NCBI GenBank assembly: GCA_963727625.1
Contig: CAVSHR010000004.1
Coordinates: forward strand, 192,001-256,000
DNA: 64,000 nt
Source of the DNA: an uncultured delta proteobacterium
GTDB lineage: Bacteria > Desulfobacterota > Binatia > UBA9968
Reading direction: 5' to 3'
Numbering within the stretch: position 1 is the first letter of the stretch; every line of letters begins with the position of its first letter. The position numbers and the translations under genes are program-made. Of this stretch, positions 36,007-50,784 are shown in pieces. A model generated the notes under the pieces. The model ran no database searches, was not told the origin of the DNA, and saw nothing but the letters and a program-made list of their open reading frames with translations.

Positions 36007-37173
36007 ATGAAAGCGATTTTAGCACTGGCCGATGGGCGAATCTTTGACGGCTTGTCATTCGGCGCCGTCGGCGAGACGGTCGGCGAGGTTGTTTTCAACA
36101 CCAGCATGACCGGTTACCAAGAGATTCTCACCGATCCATCCTACGAAGGCCAACTGGTGGCCATGACCTATCCACAGATCGGCAACGTCGGCGTCAATCC
36201 CGAGGACGTCGAGTCGCGCGGGCCGTTCATGAAAGGTTTTATCGTTAAGGAATACACGTCGCAGCCAAGCAACTGGCGCGCTACACAACCGCTCCATTCA
36301 TACATGGAAGTCAATGGCGTCGTCGGCATCCAAGGCGTCGACACGCGCTCTTTGGTGCGCCACCTACGCGATCATGGCGCCCAAGAAGCGGCGATTTCGA
36401 CGGTGACGGAAAATCCCGAAAAGCTTGTCGCCAAAGCCAAAGCTTCGCCGGGACTTATCGGCAAAGATCTCGTGCGTAATGTGACCTGCGCCGAAGCCTA
36501 TGATTGGAATCAAGGCGGATGGCAGCTGGAAGGCGGCTACAAAGAACGGGACGGAGCAAAACCGGCAGGAAAGCGCAGAGGCAAGGGCAGCTTTATCTCG
36601 CCGGCGTATTTCGTCGTCGCCTATGACTACGGCATAAAGTACAACATCCTGCGCAAACTCGCCGAGGCCGGCTGCCGTGTCAAAGTGGTGCCCGCTGCCA
36701 CTCCGGCCGAGGATGTTTTGGCAATGAAGCCGGATGGAATCTTTCTTTCCAACGGCCCCGGCGATCCTGATGCCGTGCCGTACGCCAAGGAAAACGTCGA
36801 AAAGCTGATCGGCAAAAAGCCAATCTTCGGCATCTGCCTGGGTCATCAGATTATGGGGCTCGCGCTCGGCGGCAAGACATACAAGCTCAAGTTCGGCCAC
36901 CACGGTGCCAATCAACCGGTGATGGATTTAACCACGCGCAAAGTCGAGGTCACCTCGCAGAATCACGGTTTCGCGGTAGATGCCGATTCACTCAAAGGCG
37001 CCGTGGAAATCACGCACTTGAATTTGAACGACAACACCGTCGAGGGGCTGGAGCATCGCGAGCTGCCGATCTTTTCGGTGCAGTATCATCCGGAATCATC
37101 GCCCGGGCCGCATGACGCCGATTACCTGTTCAAGCGATTTACCGACCTAATGGCAAAACAAAAGAGCACGTAA
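36007..37173 (+). CDS. carA: Carbamoyl-phosphate synthase small subunit
   Basis: [50 protein letters not shown]. Confidence 0.97.
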   Translation: MKAILALADGRIFDGLSFGAVGETVGEVVFNTSMTGYQEILTDPSYEGQLVAMTYPQIGNVGVNPEDVESRGPFMKGFIVKEYTSQPSNWRATQPLHSYMEVNGVVGIQGVDTRSLVRHLRDHGAQEAAISTVTENPEKLVAKAKASPGLIGKDLVRNVTCAEAYDWNQGGWQLEGGYKERDGAKPAGKRRGKGSFISPAYFVVAYDYGIKYNILRKLAEAGCRVKVVPAATPAEDVLAMKPDGIFLSNGPGDPDAVPYAKENVEKLIGKKPIFGICLGHQIMGLALGGKTYKLKFGHHGANQPVMDLTTRKVEVTSQNHGFAVDADSLKGAVEITHLNLNDNTVEGLEHRELPIFSVQYHPESSPGPHDADYLFKRFTDLMAKQKST

Positions 37174-37179
37174 GGATCC

Positions 37180-40419
<3,240 letters not shown>

Positions 40420-40566
40420 AGCGCCCGAATGCTGGCGCAGAGAATGAAAAAAAATGAGCGGGCTCTGGCGCGTCTTGACGAACGCAGCGTCGTAATCCCA
40501 GAGAGCAGTTGCGTCCCATGCGCCCGGGAGTTCAGCAAATAAAATCTCCACGTCAACGGCCTTGTC

Positions 40567-42771
40567 TTGAAACCCGCCGGATCGTCGCCAAGAGTTAATC
40601 GGCCCAGCGAAATCCCATCAGCCGGCACAAGCCGGCGGCGGCGCGTCCTGGATGCGCCGATTCAATTTCTCAAGGGTGTCGGCCCCAAGCGGGCCGCGCA
40701 GCTGGAAACGTTTGGCCTCAAAACCATCGAGGATCTGCTCTATCATCTGCCGTTTCGCTATGAGGATCGCCGCCAGATCAAAAAGCTCGCGGTCGCATTG
40801 CCGGGTGAAGAAGCGAGCTTTATCGGCCGCCTGATCGCGCTGCAGAACCGGTATATTCCGCGCCGGCACAGCCAGATGTTGCTCGGCGCCCTGCAGGACG
40901 ACAGTGGGAGTATCGACCTGGTCTGGTATCGCGCGCCCAAGTTCCTAGTCGACGGCCTGGTCAAAGGCCAGATCCTGTTGGTGCATGGCAAAGTAGAGAT
41001 CGGGCTCCATGGGCACCCGCGTCTCAGTCATCCGGATTTTGAAGTGATCGATAGCGAAGACGCCGCCCCATTGCAGCGTATCCTGCCGGTTTATATCCAT
41101 CCGGCCGGCCTTTCCTTGACCTGGCTGCGCGGCTTGATGGGGCAGGCGTTGCAAGAATATCGCGACGACGTGGCGGATTGTCTGCCTGCCGAGGTCAAAC
41201 GGCGCCAGGGCTTGATGCCCATGCGCCAAGCTCTGGCGCAGCTGCACGAGCCGGATTCGGATATTGAAATCGAGTCGTTGAACGATTTCTCCTCGGCGGC
41301 CCATCGCACGATAATCTTCGACGAGCTTTTTTATCTCCAGCTCGGCCTGGGATTGAGAAAACGGGCGCGCTCCAACAGCGCGGCGGTTCGCTTGTCTCCT
41401 CGCGGCGCCAAGCTGGCAGAGCGCATGATCGCATTGTTGCCGTTCAAGTTGACCGGCGCCCAGGAGCGTGTGCTCAGCGAAATTTGCGCCGACATGGCCG
41501 GCGACCGGCCCATGCAGCGCCTGGTCCAAGGCGATGTCGGCTCGGGGAAAACCATGGTGGCCTGGTTCGCGTCGCTCGCCGCCATCGAGCACGGCTGCCA
41601 AGCCCTGTGGATGGCGCCCACCGAGCTCCTCGCCGAGCAGCACTACCGCAACTTAAAACCGTTCGCCGACGAATTAAAAATTCCCTCGGCGCTGCTGACG
41701 GCCGCGACTCCGGCCAAAGAAAAAAGATCTTTACTGCAGGCCATCGAGCAAGGCGACGTCGCCTTTGTCGTCGGTACCCACGCCCTGATCCAGCAGGAAG
41801 TGCGCGCGCCGCGCATGGGCTTGGGTGTCATCGACGAGCAGCATCGCTTCGGAGTCCTGCAGCGCCTGTCGTTGCAGCGCTTGGTAAGCGGTACGAATGC
41901 GCCGTCGCCGTTGAGCGGACAGCCGCATATGCTGCTGATGAGCGCGACGCCGATTCCGCGCAGCCTCGCCATGGTGCTCTACGGCGACATGGAAGTCTCT
42001 TTCATCGATGAAATGCCGCCGGGCCGGACGCCGGTGCAGACCCTGGTATTCAACGAACGCGAGCGGCGCCAGGCGTACGGCCTTGTGCTCGAACAGCTAA
42101 AGCATCGCCATCAGGCCTTCGTGGTCTTGCCGCTGGTGGAAGCCTCCGAACAACTGCAGCAGGTGCGCGACGCCACGCAGATGGCTGAGAAGATGGGCCA
42201 GACGCTGTTTAAAGACTTCGGCATAGGACTGGTGCACGGTCGACTAAAGGCCGAGGAGCGCGACGAAATCATGCGTGCTTTTCGCGACGGCAAGCTGGGA
42301 ATTCTGGTTGCCACCACGGTCATCGAAGTTGGCATCGATATTCCCAACGCCACCGTCATGGTGGTCGAGCATGCCGAGCGCTTCGGTTTGGCGCAATTGC
42401 ACCAACTGCGCGGCCGGGTCGGACGCGGCAAGGCGCCCGGTTATTGCTTGTTGATCAACCGCGGCGCGGCAAACCCGTTGGCTAGCGCGCGCCTGCACGC
42501 CATGGAAAAGGAGCATGACGGGTTCAAGATCGCCGAGGCGGATCTCAGGCTGCGAGGCGCGGGAGAATTACTCGGCACGCGCCAGTCCGGGCTGGCGGAT
42601 TTTCACCTGGCGAGTCTGGCGCGCGACGGCCATTTGCTCACCGAAGCGCGCAAAGAAGCTCTAGCCTGGCTCGAAGGGGACCCGCGCTTGGCGCGGCCGG
42701 AGTCAGCGGGGATGAAAGAACTGTTGCGCCATCGATGGGGCGCGTGCTTACAGCTGGGTGCGGTGGTTTAG
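40567..42771 (+). CDS. recG: ATP-dependent DNA helicase RecG (start uncertain)
   Basis: LKGVGPKRA, QGDVGSGKT, APTELLAEQH, IDEQHRFG, MSATPIPR, QLRGRVGRG, DLRLRGAGE. Confidence 0.96.
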   Translation: MKPAGSSPRVNRPSEIPSAGTSRRRRVLDAPIQFLKGVGPKRAAQLETFGLKTIEDLLYHLPFRYEDRRQIKKLAVALPGEEASFIGRLIALQNRYIPRRHSQMLLGALQDDSGSIDLVWYRAPKFLVDGLVKGQILLVHGKVEIGLHGHPRLSHPDFEVIDSEDAAPLQRILPVYIHPAGLSLTWLRGLMGQALQEYRDDVADCLPAEVKRRQGLMPMRQALAQLHEPDSDIEIESLNDFSSAAHRTIIFDELFYLQLGLGLRKRARSNSAAVRLSPRGAKLAERMIALLPFKLTGAQERVLSEICADMAGDRPMQRLVQGDVGSGKTMVAWFASLAAIEHGCQALWMAPTELLAEQHYRNLKPFADELKIPSALLTAATPAKEKRSLLQAIEQGDVAFVVGTHALIQQEVRAPRMGLGVIDEQHRFGVLQRLSLQRLVSGTNAPSPLSGQPHMLLMSATPIPRSLAMVLYGDMEVSFIDEMPPGRTPVQTLVFNERERRQAYGLVLEQLKHRHQAFVVLPLVEASEQLQQVRDATQMAEKMGQTLFKDFGIGLVHGRLKAEERDEIMRAFRDGKLGILVATTVIEVGIDIPNATVMVVEHAERFGLAQLHQLRGRVGRGKAPGYCLLINRGAANPLASARLHAMEKEHDGFKIAEADLRLRGAGELLGTRQSGLADFHLASLARDGHLLTEARKEALAWLEGDPRLARPESAGMKELLRHRWGACLQLGAVV

Positions 42772-42868
42772 CCAGGCCAGCCGAGAAGTGTTTAGTTGCA
42801 CCGATTCTGACGATAGCTTATAAAAAGAGGTTGTAATATTGCTTCGAGAAAGGATCGGGTAGCGACGC

Positions 42869-44047
42869 GTGGAATTTCAGCGCATCAAGCGGCTGCCGCC
42901 CTACGTCTTCAGCATCATCGACGGCATGAAGATGGAGGCCAGGCATCGGGGTGAGGACATCGTCGATTTCGGTATGGGCAATCCCGATCTACCCACGCCG
43001 CCGCATGTGGTCGCCAAGCTGGTCGAGGCGGCAAGCAAACCGCAGAACCACCGCTATTCGGTCTCGCGCGGTATCTACAAGCTGCGTCTAGCGATCGTCG
43101 GTTGGTACAAACGGCGTTACAACGTGGATCTCGATCCCGACAGCGAGGCTATCGTTACGATCGGCGCCAAAGAGGGCATCTCCCACTTGGCCTGGGCGAC
43201 CATCGATCCCGGCGACGTGGTGCTCTGCCCCAGCCCGACCTATCCAATTCACCAATATGCCGTGGTGCTGGCGGGCGGCGATTTGCGCTGCATCCCGCTG
43301 ACTACCAGCGAAGCCTTCTTCGGCCATCTCGAAGAAGCGATCCGCCAGACTTGGCCTAAGCCGAAGATGCTGATCATCAGCTTTCCCCATAACCCGACCA
43401 CAGAAGTGGTCGACCTCGGATTTTTCGAACGAGTCGTCAAGACTGCCCAGGAACATGGGTTTCTTGTGATTCACGACCTCGCCTACGCCGATCTGACCTT
43501 CGACGGTTATCAGGCACCGAGCTTTCTGCAGGTGCCGGGCGCCAAGGATGTCGGCGTGGAATTTTTCTCGCTCTCGAAGAGTTACAACATGCCCGGCTGG
43601 CGCGTCGGTTTTTGCGTCGGCAACAAGGAAGTAATCCATGCCCTGGCGCGCATCAAGAGCTATCTCGATTACGGGATTTTTCAGCCGATTCAGATTGCCG
43701 CCATACAGGCTCTGAATGGACCGCAGGATTGCGTCGAGGAAATCCGCCTGGTGTACGAAAACCGGCGCGACTCCCTGATCGAAGGTCTCGAACGCGCGGG
43801 TTGGCATGTTCCCAAGCCTAAGGGGACGATGTTCGTCTGGGCCGAGATTCCCGAGCCGGCGAAGAAAATGGGCTCGGTGGAGTTTGCCAAATATTTGCTG
43901 CAAGAGGCTCAGGTTGCGGTATCGCCGGGAATCGGCTTCGGCCAATACGGCGACGAGCATGTACGCTTCGCCTTGATTGAAAACGAGCACCGCACCAAGC
44001 AGGCGGTGCGCAAAATCAAAAAGGCGCTGGGAAAACTGCTCGATTAG
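42869..44047 (+). CDS. alaC: PLP-dependent class I/II aminotransferase (AlaC-like)
   Basis: [48 protein letters not shown]; typical position upstream of hom. Confidence 0.8.
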   Translation: MEFQRIKRLPPYVFSIIDGMKMEARHRGEDIVDFGMGNPDLPTPPHVVAKLVEAASKPQNHRYSVSRGIYKLRLAIVGWYKRRYNVDLDPDSEAIVTIGAKEGISHLAWATIDPGDVVLCPSPTYPIHQYAVVLAGGDLRCIPLTTSEAFFGHLEEAIRQTWPKPKMLIISFPHNPTTEVVDLGFFERVVKTAQEHGFLVIHDLAYADLTFDGYQAPSFLQVPGAKDVGVEFFSLSKSYNMPGWRVGFCVGNKEVIHALARIKSYLDYGIFQPIQIAAIQALNGPQDCVEEIRLVYENRRDSLIEGLERAGWHVPKPKGTMFVWAEIPEPAKKMGSVEFAKYLLQEAQVAVSPGIGFGQYGDEHVRFALIENEHRTKQAVRKIKKALGKLLD

Positions 44048-44088
44048 CCGGTAGCTAAATTTCTCTCGAATAATATCAAAGGTCCGAT

Positions 44089-45483
44089 ATGGCATCAGCG
44101 AACCCACCGCATAAAGTCGGCGTCGGCCTGCTCGGCTCCGGCGTGGTCGGCGAGGCGATCCAAGACATTCTCTTTCGTCGCTTAAAAGACGAATCGAACG
44201 GCGAGATCCAGCTCGAGCTCCGTAAAATTTATACCCGCAATCCCATAGGCAAGAAGTGGTTCGGCAAACGGCGCAAGCTCTTTACCCGCCGCGCCGAAGA
44301 TGTGATCGATCACCCGGAGGTCGATATCGTCATCGAGGCGCTGGGCTTTCAATCCGCGACCCATCTACCGCAGTTTCGCGATTACATTTTGCGCGCCTTT
44401 CGCAACGGCAAGTCCGTCGTTACATCGGACAAGGCGGTGCTGGCGCGCTACGGGAAAGAAATATGGGCCGCGGCAAAAAAGACCGGCCAGCAGCTGCGCT
44501 TTGAAGCCTGCGTCGGCGGCGGCATTCCGGTGATTCGCTCTTTGAGCGAGAGCTTTGCCGCCGAAGAGCCCGAGGCGATCTTCGGTATCGTCAACGGCAC
44601 CTGCAACTACATCCTTTCGCAGATGGAAAAAAGCGGCAAGCCCTACGCCGAGGCACTCAAGGAGGCCCAGCAAAAGGGTTACGCCGAGACCAACCCGGCA
44701 TCGGACGTAAACGGCAGCGACGCCGAGGCGAAGTTGTTGCTGCTCAGCATGGTCGGCTTTGGCCTGCAGTTGCAACCTGGGCAAATCTGGCGCAAGGGCA
44801 TCGAAGATATTCAAGCGGTGGATTTTCGCTACGCCGGGCGGATCGGCGGCAGCACCATCAAGCAGCTCGCGGTGGCCCGGCGCCGGGGGTCGGCGGTACA
44901 AGTCTTCGTCTCGCCGGCGCTGGTGCCAAGAGACAATTTTCTCGCCCGTGTCGACGGCGCTACCAACGCCATCTGCTTCGCCGCCAAAGGCAGCAGCGCC
45001 GGCCGCGGCGAGCGCGATTGCGACTATGTTTTGGTCGGTCCCGGGGCGGGCGGCGGTCCGACGGCGGTGGCGGTTCTCGGTGATGTCTGCGAGCTGGCTC
45101 GCGCCAGCCGAAAATTTAGCGGCGCGCCGGCTCTCGTGGCGCCGGGGCGGCTTAAGCTCCAGGCCGAAGACGATATCGAAGTGCCTTTTTATATTCGCTT
45201 TGTGGTGAAAGACCGCGCCGGTATCGTTGGAGACATCGGGCGAAGCTTCGGCCGCATCGGTGTCAATATTTCAGAAATCTGGCAATTGAGGCATGTGGAG
45301 GAAGAGCTTGAGGGCTTTGCACAGAACTATCAGCTCAAGCATAAATCGACGGAGATCTTGCCCTTCGTTATGACCCTGGAGAGCACCTCGCTGCGGCAAA
45401 TGCGCCGGGCGCTGGATTCCATCCGCCGACGTGACTATATCCTGGTGGAGCCCGTTTGGTTTCCGATTTGGGGCGGGAAATGA
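44089..45483 (+). CDS. hom: Homoserine dehydrogenase with ACT domain
   Basis: GLLGSGVVG, FEACVGGGIP, GIVNGTCNYIL, GYAE.NP..DV.G.D, GPGAGGGPTA, C-terminal DRAGIV ACT domain. Confidence 0.92.
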   Translation: MASANPPHKVGVGLLGSGVVGEAIQDILFRRLKDESNGEIQLELRKIYTRNPIGKKWFGKRRKLFTRRAEDVIDHPEVDIVIEALGFQSATHLPQFRDYILRAFRNGKSVVTSDKAVLARYGKEIWAAAKKTGQQLRFEACVGGGIPVIRSLSESFAAEEPEAIFGIVNGTCNYILSQMEKSGKPYAEALKEAQQKGYAETNPASDVNGSDAEAKLLLLSMVGFGLQLQPGQIWRKGIEDIQAVDFRYAGRIGGSTIKQLAVARRRGSAVQVFVSPALVPRDNFLARVDGATNAICFAAKGSSAGRGERDCDYVLVGPGAGGGPTAVAVLGDVCELARASRKFSGAPALVAPGRLKLQAEDDIEVPFYIRFVVKDRAGIVGDIGRSFGRIGVNISEIWQLRHVEEELEGFAQNYQLKHKSTEILPFVMTLESTSLRQMRRALDSIRRRDYILVEPVWFPIWGGK

Positions 45484-45554
45484 TTGGGACGGTAGCGGAA
45501 CGAGAGCCATTTCGGTCGCTCGGCTGATCGTTTGCGAAAGCAGGAATTAGGAAT

Positions 45555-46775
45555 ATGAAATACATCATCCTTCAAGGCGACGGCATGGCGGATTATCCGC
45601 TCGATGTGCTAGGCGGCAAGACACCCCTGGAAGCGGCCCGAACGCCGAACATGGATTGGTTGGCGCAGTATGGCGTGTTCGGCATCGCCCACGTGATTCC
45701 AGAAGGCTTCTCGCCGGGCAGTGATGTCGGCAACATGAGCATTATGGGCTACGATCCGGCGGTGTATCACACCGGCCGCTCGCCGCTCGAAGCGGCGAGC
45801 ATGGGTGTGGCGTTGGGGCCGAACGATATCGCGTTTCGCTGCAACTTGGTGACGCTCGGCGGCGCGGGCGCGGAAATTTTCATGGAGGACTTCACCAGCG
45901 GCCATATATCCACCGAAGAAGCCGCGGAGCTGATCCGCGATATCGGTCATGAGCTGAGCGGTGGCGGCATCGAATTTTTCCCCGGCGTGAGCTACCGCCA
46001 CCTAATGGTCTGGCGCGACGGCAAGGAAAATATGGAGACCACACCGCCGCACGATATCACCGACCAAAGAACCGCCGGCTATATGCCCAAAGGCGATGGG
46101 GCGGATCGCTTGTTAGAACTGATGGGCAACTCGCAAGGCATTCTGGCCGAGCATGCAATCAACAAAAAACGCCAAGCCGCAGGGCAACGGCAAGCGACTT
46201 CGATCTGGCTTTGGGGCCAGGGTAGGGCGCCGCAGTTGCCGCCGCTGACCAAACGCTTCGGCATCAAAGGCGGGGTCATTTCCGCAGTGGATATCATCCA
46301 CGGGTTGGGAGTTTATGCCGGATTGGAGCGCATCGACGTGCCGGGCATCACCGGTTTCCTCGATACCAATTATATCGGCAAAGGCGAGTACGGCGTACGC
46401 TCGCTGGAGAAAAACGATCTGGTGTTTATTCACGTCGAGGCTACCGACGAGGCCGGCCACATGGGCGATGTCGAAAAAAAGATTCAAGCGCTGGAGGATT
46501 TCGATGAGAAGGTGGTCGGCACGGTGCTCAAAGGCATGGCGCAGCGCAAGGATTTTCGCATTCTTTTGATGCCCGATCATCCGACCGCAATCGCGCTCAA
46601 GACCCACGTGGCCGAGCCGGTGCCGTTTGTTTTATATTCGGCGGAAACGCCGCAGAACAACGGTGCCGTCGGTTATAACGAGAAAGACGCGTTGAAGACT
46701 GGAATCGTAGCCAAAAAAGCTTATCGCTTGATGGACGCTTTGATCCAAGGGAGACCGACATGGACCGAAACTTAG
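45555..46775 (+). CDS. apgM: Cofactor-independent phosphoglycerate mutase, ApgM type
   Basis: GDGMAD, TPLEAA, PGSDV, GRSPLEA, RCNLV, YRHL, PPHD, HVEATDEAGH, PDH. Confidence 0.9.
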   Translation: MKYIILQGDGMADYPLDVLGGKTPLEAARTPNMDWLAQYGVFGIAHVIPEGFSPGSDVGNMSIMGYDPAVYHTGRSPLEAASMGVALGPNDIAFRCNLVTLGGAGAEIFMEDFTSGHISTEEAAELIRDIGHELSGGGIEFFPGVSYRHLMVWRDGKENMETTPPHDITDQRTAGYMPKGDGADRLLELMGNSQGILAEHAINKKRQAAGQRQATSIWLWGQGRAPQLPPLTKRFGIKGGVISAVDIIHGLGVYAGLERIDVPGITGFLDTNYIGKGEYGVRSLEKNDLVFIHVEATDEAGHMGDVEKKIQALEDFDEKVVGTVLKGMAQRKDFRILLMPDHPTAIALKTHVAEPVPFVLYSAETPQNNGAVGYNEKDALKTGIVAKKAYRLMDALIQGRPTWTET

Positions 46776-47710
46776 CATTGGAAGCCGTACGTGTGACCGA
46801 AGCGGCGGCGCTCAATTGCGCGCGCTGGACCGGGCGCGGCGACGAGAAGGCCGCCGATCAAGCGGCGGTGGACGCCATGCGCAAGGCGTTCGACGCCCTG
46901 CAAATCGACGGTACCGTGGTGATCGGCGAAGGCGAGCGCGATGAGGCGCCGATGCTTTACATCGGGGAAAAAGTCGGCTCGGGCGGACCCAAGGTCGATA
47001 TCGCGCTCGATCCTCTCGAAGGCACGACGATCTGCGCCACCGGCGCGCCCAATGCGTTGGCGGTCATCGCCATGGCCGACGGCGGCAACTTGTTGCATTG
47101 CCCGGACACCTACATGGCCAAGATCGCCGCGGGGCCCATCGGCAAAGGGGTGGTCGATTTGGATCGATCGCCGACGGAGAATCTGCGTGCGCTGGCCGAA
47201 GCCAAGCGCTGCAAGGTTGAAGATCTCACAGTGATTATCTTATTGCGACCGCGCCATGAGGCGCTTATCCAGGAAGTGCGCAAAGCCGGCGCGCGCATTC
47301 GCTTGATCGGCGACGGCGATGTCTCCGCCGCGATCGCTACGACCAAACCCGAGACCGGCATCGACTTGCTGCTGGGCATCGGTGGCGCGCCGGAAGGGGT
47401 ACTGGCGGCGGCGGCACTACGTTGCATCGGCGGCGAATTTCAAGGACGTTTGGCGCCGCGCAACAACGAAGAAATCGAACGGGCGAAGAAAATGGGGGTG
47501 GCGGATATCAAGCGAAAGTTCAAAATCGACGAGTTGGCCGCGGGCGAGGTCATGTTTGCCGCCACCGGGGTTACGGACGGAGACTATCTGCAAGGGGTTC
47601 ATGCCTTTCCCGGTGGCGCGACCACCCAATCCGTGGTCATGCGCTCCAAAACAAAAACCGTCCGGATCATAAACGCAACTCATCATTTCGACAGCAAGCC
47701 GATCTACTAA
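46760..47710 (+). CDS. glpX: Fructose-1,6-bisphosphatase class II
   Basis: RVTEAAA, VIGEGERDEAPMLYIGE, DPLEGT, DGDV, GGAPEGV, ATGVTDG. Confidence 0.96.
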   Translation: MDRNLALEAVRVTEAAALNCARWTGRGDEKAADQAAVDAMRKAFDALQIDGTVVIGEGERDEAPMLYIGEKVGSGGPKVDIALDPLEGTTICATGAPNALAVIAMADGGNLLHCPDTYMAKIAAGPIGKGVVDLDRSPTENLRALAEAKRCKVEDLTVIILLRPRHEALIQEVRKAGARIRLIGDGDVSAAIATTKPETGIDLLLGIGGAPEGVLAAAALRCIGGEFQGRLAPRNNEEIERAKKMGVADIKRKFKIDELAAGEVMFAATGVTDGDYLQGVHAFPGGATTQSVVMRSKTKTVRIINATHHFDSKPIY

Positions 47711-47808
47711 CCCGGGAGCGCCCGATCACAAGCAGCGCCGGAATTTTTCCCGGTCGCATGGCTCCAAGGGGGCCGGGCCGGAAGCCCGTTTCGAGAAGCT
47801 CACTCACC

Positions 47809-48090
47809 ATGGCACGCAAGAAGAAGCGAAAAACCGGTTGGTTTAGAATCCTGCTCTTGTTCCTTCTCGTTCCTCTGACCGTGTGGTTTGCGGCGTTGGT
47901 CATTTGGTTTTATTGGTACGATCTCAACAGTTGGTTAAGGCCGGATCACCTCCGTCGAGCTCAACCGAGTGCGGCGCGGCAACGCGAACCTGACGAAAAA
48001 CGTGAAACCAGCGCGGCAAAGCAACCCAAAGAGCGCATCCTCGATGACGATCGAAAAACACTGGAAGATATTCTCAAGCGCCATAATTGA
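47809..48090 (+). CDS. Small single-pass membrane protein
   Basis: Basic N-terminus, one hydrophobic helix and a charged tail; fits the glpX-dus gap. Confidence 0.65.
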   Translation: MARKKKRKTGWFRILLLFLLVPLTVWFAALVIWFYWYDLNSWLRPDHLRRAQPSAARQREPDEKRETSAAKQPKERILDDDRKTLEDILKRHN

Positions 48091-48289
48091 TCGGCGTTTA
48101 GGGTCGGCGCTTTCCAAGAGATAATTTTGGGCGGGCGTTGTCCCCGAAGCGTCATGAGCTCCGTGGCTAAATCCGGCACAGGCGCGACTTCTCATTGCAA
48201 CGCCCCGGCGAATATGAGGCACACAGTTGGCGAATCTCAAGCCCGGTTTGAAGGGGCGCTGTAGCGATGATATTTTACTTCGTGTTCCC

Positions 48290-49453
48290 ATGAACTTTTG
48301 GCGCCAAATTCCTAAGCCGATCATCGGCCTGTCACCCATGGACGGCGTGACCGATGCCTCGTTTCGTTTCATTACGGCGAAACATGGCGGGCCGGACGTG
48401 ACGTTGACGGAGTTCGTCAACATCCAATCGGCCGTCTATTCACCTCACCTATTGCTCAAAGATTTTGCTTATGCGGAAATCGAGCGTCCCGTGGTCGCGC
48501 AGATTTACGGTCGGACACCGGAGTTGTTTTACAAAGTCGCGCATATCGTCGGGGAGCTCGGTTTCGACGGCCTCGACATCAATATGGGTTGTCCGGCAAA
48601 AAAAGTGGCGGCGGCCGGTTGCGGCGCGGCGCTGATTCGCACGCCCGATCTGGCGCGCGACATCCTGCGTGCAGCCAAGCGAGGCATCGAGGATTGGTGC
48701 AACGGGCAGAGCCTCGAAGATCTCGACTTTCCCGGTGAATTCATCGAACAAATCGAAGAGACCCATCGACGGCGCAGCGGCGGCGAAGGAGTGATCGAGA
48801 AACGGCTGATTCCGGTCTCAGTGAAAACGCGTTTAGGATACGATCGCGTCCTCATCGACGATTGGTTGCAAACATTACTGGCCGAGCAGCCTGCGGCGGT
48901 TTCACTTCATGGCCGCACCTTGGAACAGGGTTACAGAGGCGAGGCCGACTGGGATGCGATCGGCCGGGCCGTGGAGAGTGCCAAGGGCTCCGGGACGCTA
49001 ATCCTCGGTAACGGCGACTTGCAGGATTTGCGCGACGTTTATCTCCGTGTGCGGCAGACTCAAGTCGACGGAGTGTTGATCGGCCGCGGTGCGCAAGGCG
49101 ATCCCTGGCTTTTCCGTGACAAAGAAGCACTCAAAGACGCCATGGGCCGGGGCGCCGGGTTCATTCCTCATGCTCAGCCGGTTGAACTCGCGGTAAGATT
49201 TGCCGTCCTCGTCGAGCACAGCGAACATTTCGAAGCGCTCAACGGGCGGGCTCGATTCGTCGCGATGCGCAAGCACCTGACTTGGTATTGCCGCAATTTT
49301 CGCGGCGCCGCGGAAATGCGCGCTCAGTTGACTCGGGCGAATAACGCTGGCGAAGTGCGCGCCTGCCTGGCGGCATTTCAGGCGCAGAGCCGTGAACCTG
49401 TGCCGGGTTACTCGGATTCACCGCGGGCGCCGGCTTTTTCTCTCTCGCCTTGA
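48290..49453 (+). CDS. tRNA-dihydrouridine synthase family protein
   Basis: LSPMDGVTD, TEFV, DINMGCP, GAALI, SVKTRLG, LHGRT, GNGD, DGVLIGRG, MRKH. Confidence 0.92.
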   Translation: MNFWRQIPKPIIGLSPMDGVTDASFRFITAKHGGPDVTLTEFVNIQSAVYSPHLLLKDFAYAEIERPVVAQIYGRTPELFYKVAHIVGELGFDGLDINMGCPAKKVAAAGCGAALIRTPDLARDILRAAKRGIEDWCNGQSLEDLDFPGEFIEQIEETHRRRSGGEGVIEKRLIPVSVKTRLGYDRVLIDDWLQTLLAEQPAAVSLHGRTLEQGYRGEADWDAIGRAVESAKGSGTLILGNGDLQDLRDVYLRVRQTQVDGVLIGRGAQGDPWLFRDKEALKDAMGRGAGFIPHAQPVELAVRFAVLVEHSEHFEALNGRARFVAMRKHLTWYCRNFRGAAEMRAQLTRANNAGEVRACLAAFQAQSREPVPGYSDSPRAPAFSLSP

Positions 49454-49466
49454 CACTAGATATTTC

Positions 49467-50096
49467 ATGCGACTGATTCTCGCCTCCAGTTCGCCGCGCC
49501 GCAGTGAGATCTTGGCGCTGCTCGGATTGCCTTTCGAAGCGATCACCCCGGAGTTCAACGAACGGGTTTCCGCGCAAACTTCGATCGAAGAGGAAGTTCT
49601 TGGCTTTGCGCTGGGGAAAGCGCGCTCGGTGGCGATTGACAATCCGCAAAGCACGATCATCGGCAGCGATACGATGATTCTTCTCGACGGCGCGAAGATC
49701 GGCAAGCCGCGCGACACGGCCGACGCCGCACACCTCTTGCGTTCGCTTGCCGGCAGGCGGCATGAAATTTTTACCAGCGTGGTCATTCTCGACAACGACA
49801 ACAGGCCGCCTCTCGCGATCATCGAAAAGGTTTCGGTGCACATGCGGCCGTACGGGGAAGGGGAGATCGAACGCTATCTTACGTACGGCGAATCGCTGGA
49901 TAAAGCGGGTGCATATTCCATTCAGGGGGAAGGCCGCAAGCTGATTGACACCATTTCGGGCGATTACCTCGCCGCGGTTGGACTGCCGCTCAAGCCGATC
50001 GCGGGTTATCTTGCCGGCCGTGGTATTGAGCTGCCGCGCGATGTCGATCAATTGTATGAGGCGAGAGATTTTTTAAATTGGCGGAGTTTCGATTGA
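49467..50096 (+). CDS. maf: Maf-family nucleoside triphosphate pyrophosphatase
   Basis: LILASSSPRR, IGSDT, GKP, DKAGAYSIQG, VGLP. Confidence 0.93.
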   Translation: MRLILASSSPRRSEILALLGLPFEAITPEFNERVSAQTSIEEEVLGFALGKARSVAIDNPQSTIIGSDTMILLDGAKIGKPRDTADAAHLLRSLAGRRHEIFTSVVILDNDNRPPLAIIEKVSVHMRPYGEGEIERYLTYGESLDKAGAYSIQGEGRKLIDTISGDYLAAVGLPLKPIAGYLAGRGIELPRDVDQLYEARDFLNWRSFD

Positions 50097-50148
50097 CGGC
50101 GTGGCCGGCGCGCCTCGGTTCGGCTTGGCACCGGTGGCGAGTAAGCGC

Positions 50149-50784
50149 TCACTGGCGGGCCGCGCGAACGGTTATCTGGGTCGCCGAGAGCGTACCGTCG
50201 GTATTGCGGGGTCCTCGGAGTGAGACCTCCAGGCCGGTCTTCAATGCTTCCCGGTTGCGCACGACTCGTTTAACGACCGGAATATCCGGCGGCACCACCA
50301 CCTTAACCTCGCCGCCTTTATATTTGAGCGTCATGATTCTGCCTTTGACATTCTGAACGGTGACATCTTCAACCCGCTCGACGTTGGCGTTGGTCATAGT
50401 CGCACCGCTTTGTGGTGCCGAGCCAAGCGGACGATGGCCCTCGCCGGTGCCGCGCTGATCTTCCGAAAAGACATGGACTTCGGACGCTAAGAAATTGCCG
50501 TCCGGCTGTTTTGTCGCTGTGGTGCCGAGATACATGCCTCCGGCAATCTCCGATAACCGAATTGCCTCCTCGACGCGGATGACCGTCTTGTCCGTCAGAA
50601 CGGCTTTGACCGCGCCACCTGGACCTGCAATGGTCAGCTCCCGCCCCTTGAGTGCCGTGATTTTGCCCCGCGTCACTGAGGCGGCACGCGTTTGGGCTTC
50701 GATGCCGGAACTCAGGCCCAACACTAGGCTGAGCCACGCCAGTAGCGGGATAGCTACGGCCTTCATGGTAGTTGACTGATGCAT
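50149..50784 (-). CDS. Exported protein with duplicated small beta-barrel (DUF5666-like) domains
   Basis: Signal peptide; GxIT..G..L repeats; EVHVF..RGTGEGH and TMTNA motifs. Confidence 0.7.
   Translation of the reverse strand: MHQSTTMKAVAIPLLAWLSLVLGLSSGIEAQTRAASVTRGKITALKGRELTIAGPGGAVKAVLTDKTVIRVEEAIRLSEIAGGMYLGTTATKQPDGNFLASEVHVFSEDQRGTGEGHRPLGSAPQSGATMTNANVERVEDVTVQNVKGRIMTLKYKGGEVKVVVPPDIPVVKRVVRNREALKTGLEVSLRGPRNTDGTLSATQITVRAARQ

Noticed and set aside
42869-47710. alaC-hom-apgM-glpX cluster lacking thrC
   Set aside because: Ordinary housekeeping neighbourhood; thrC may simply lie elsewhere
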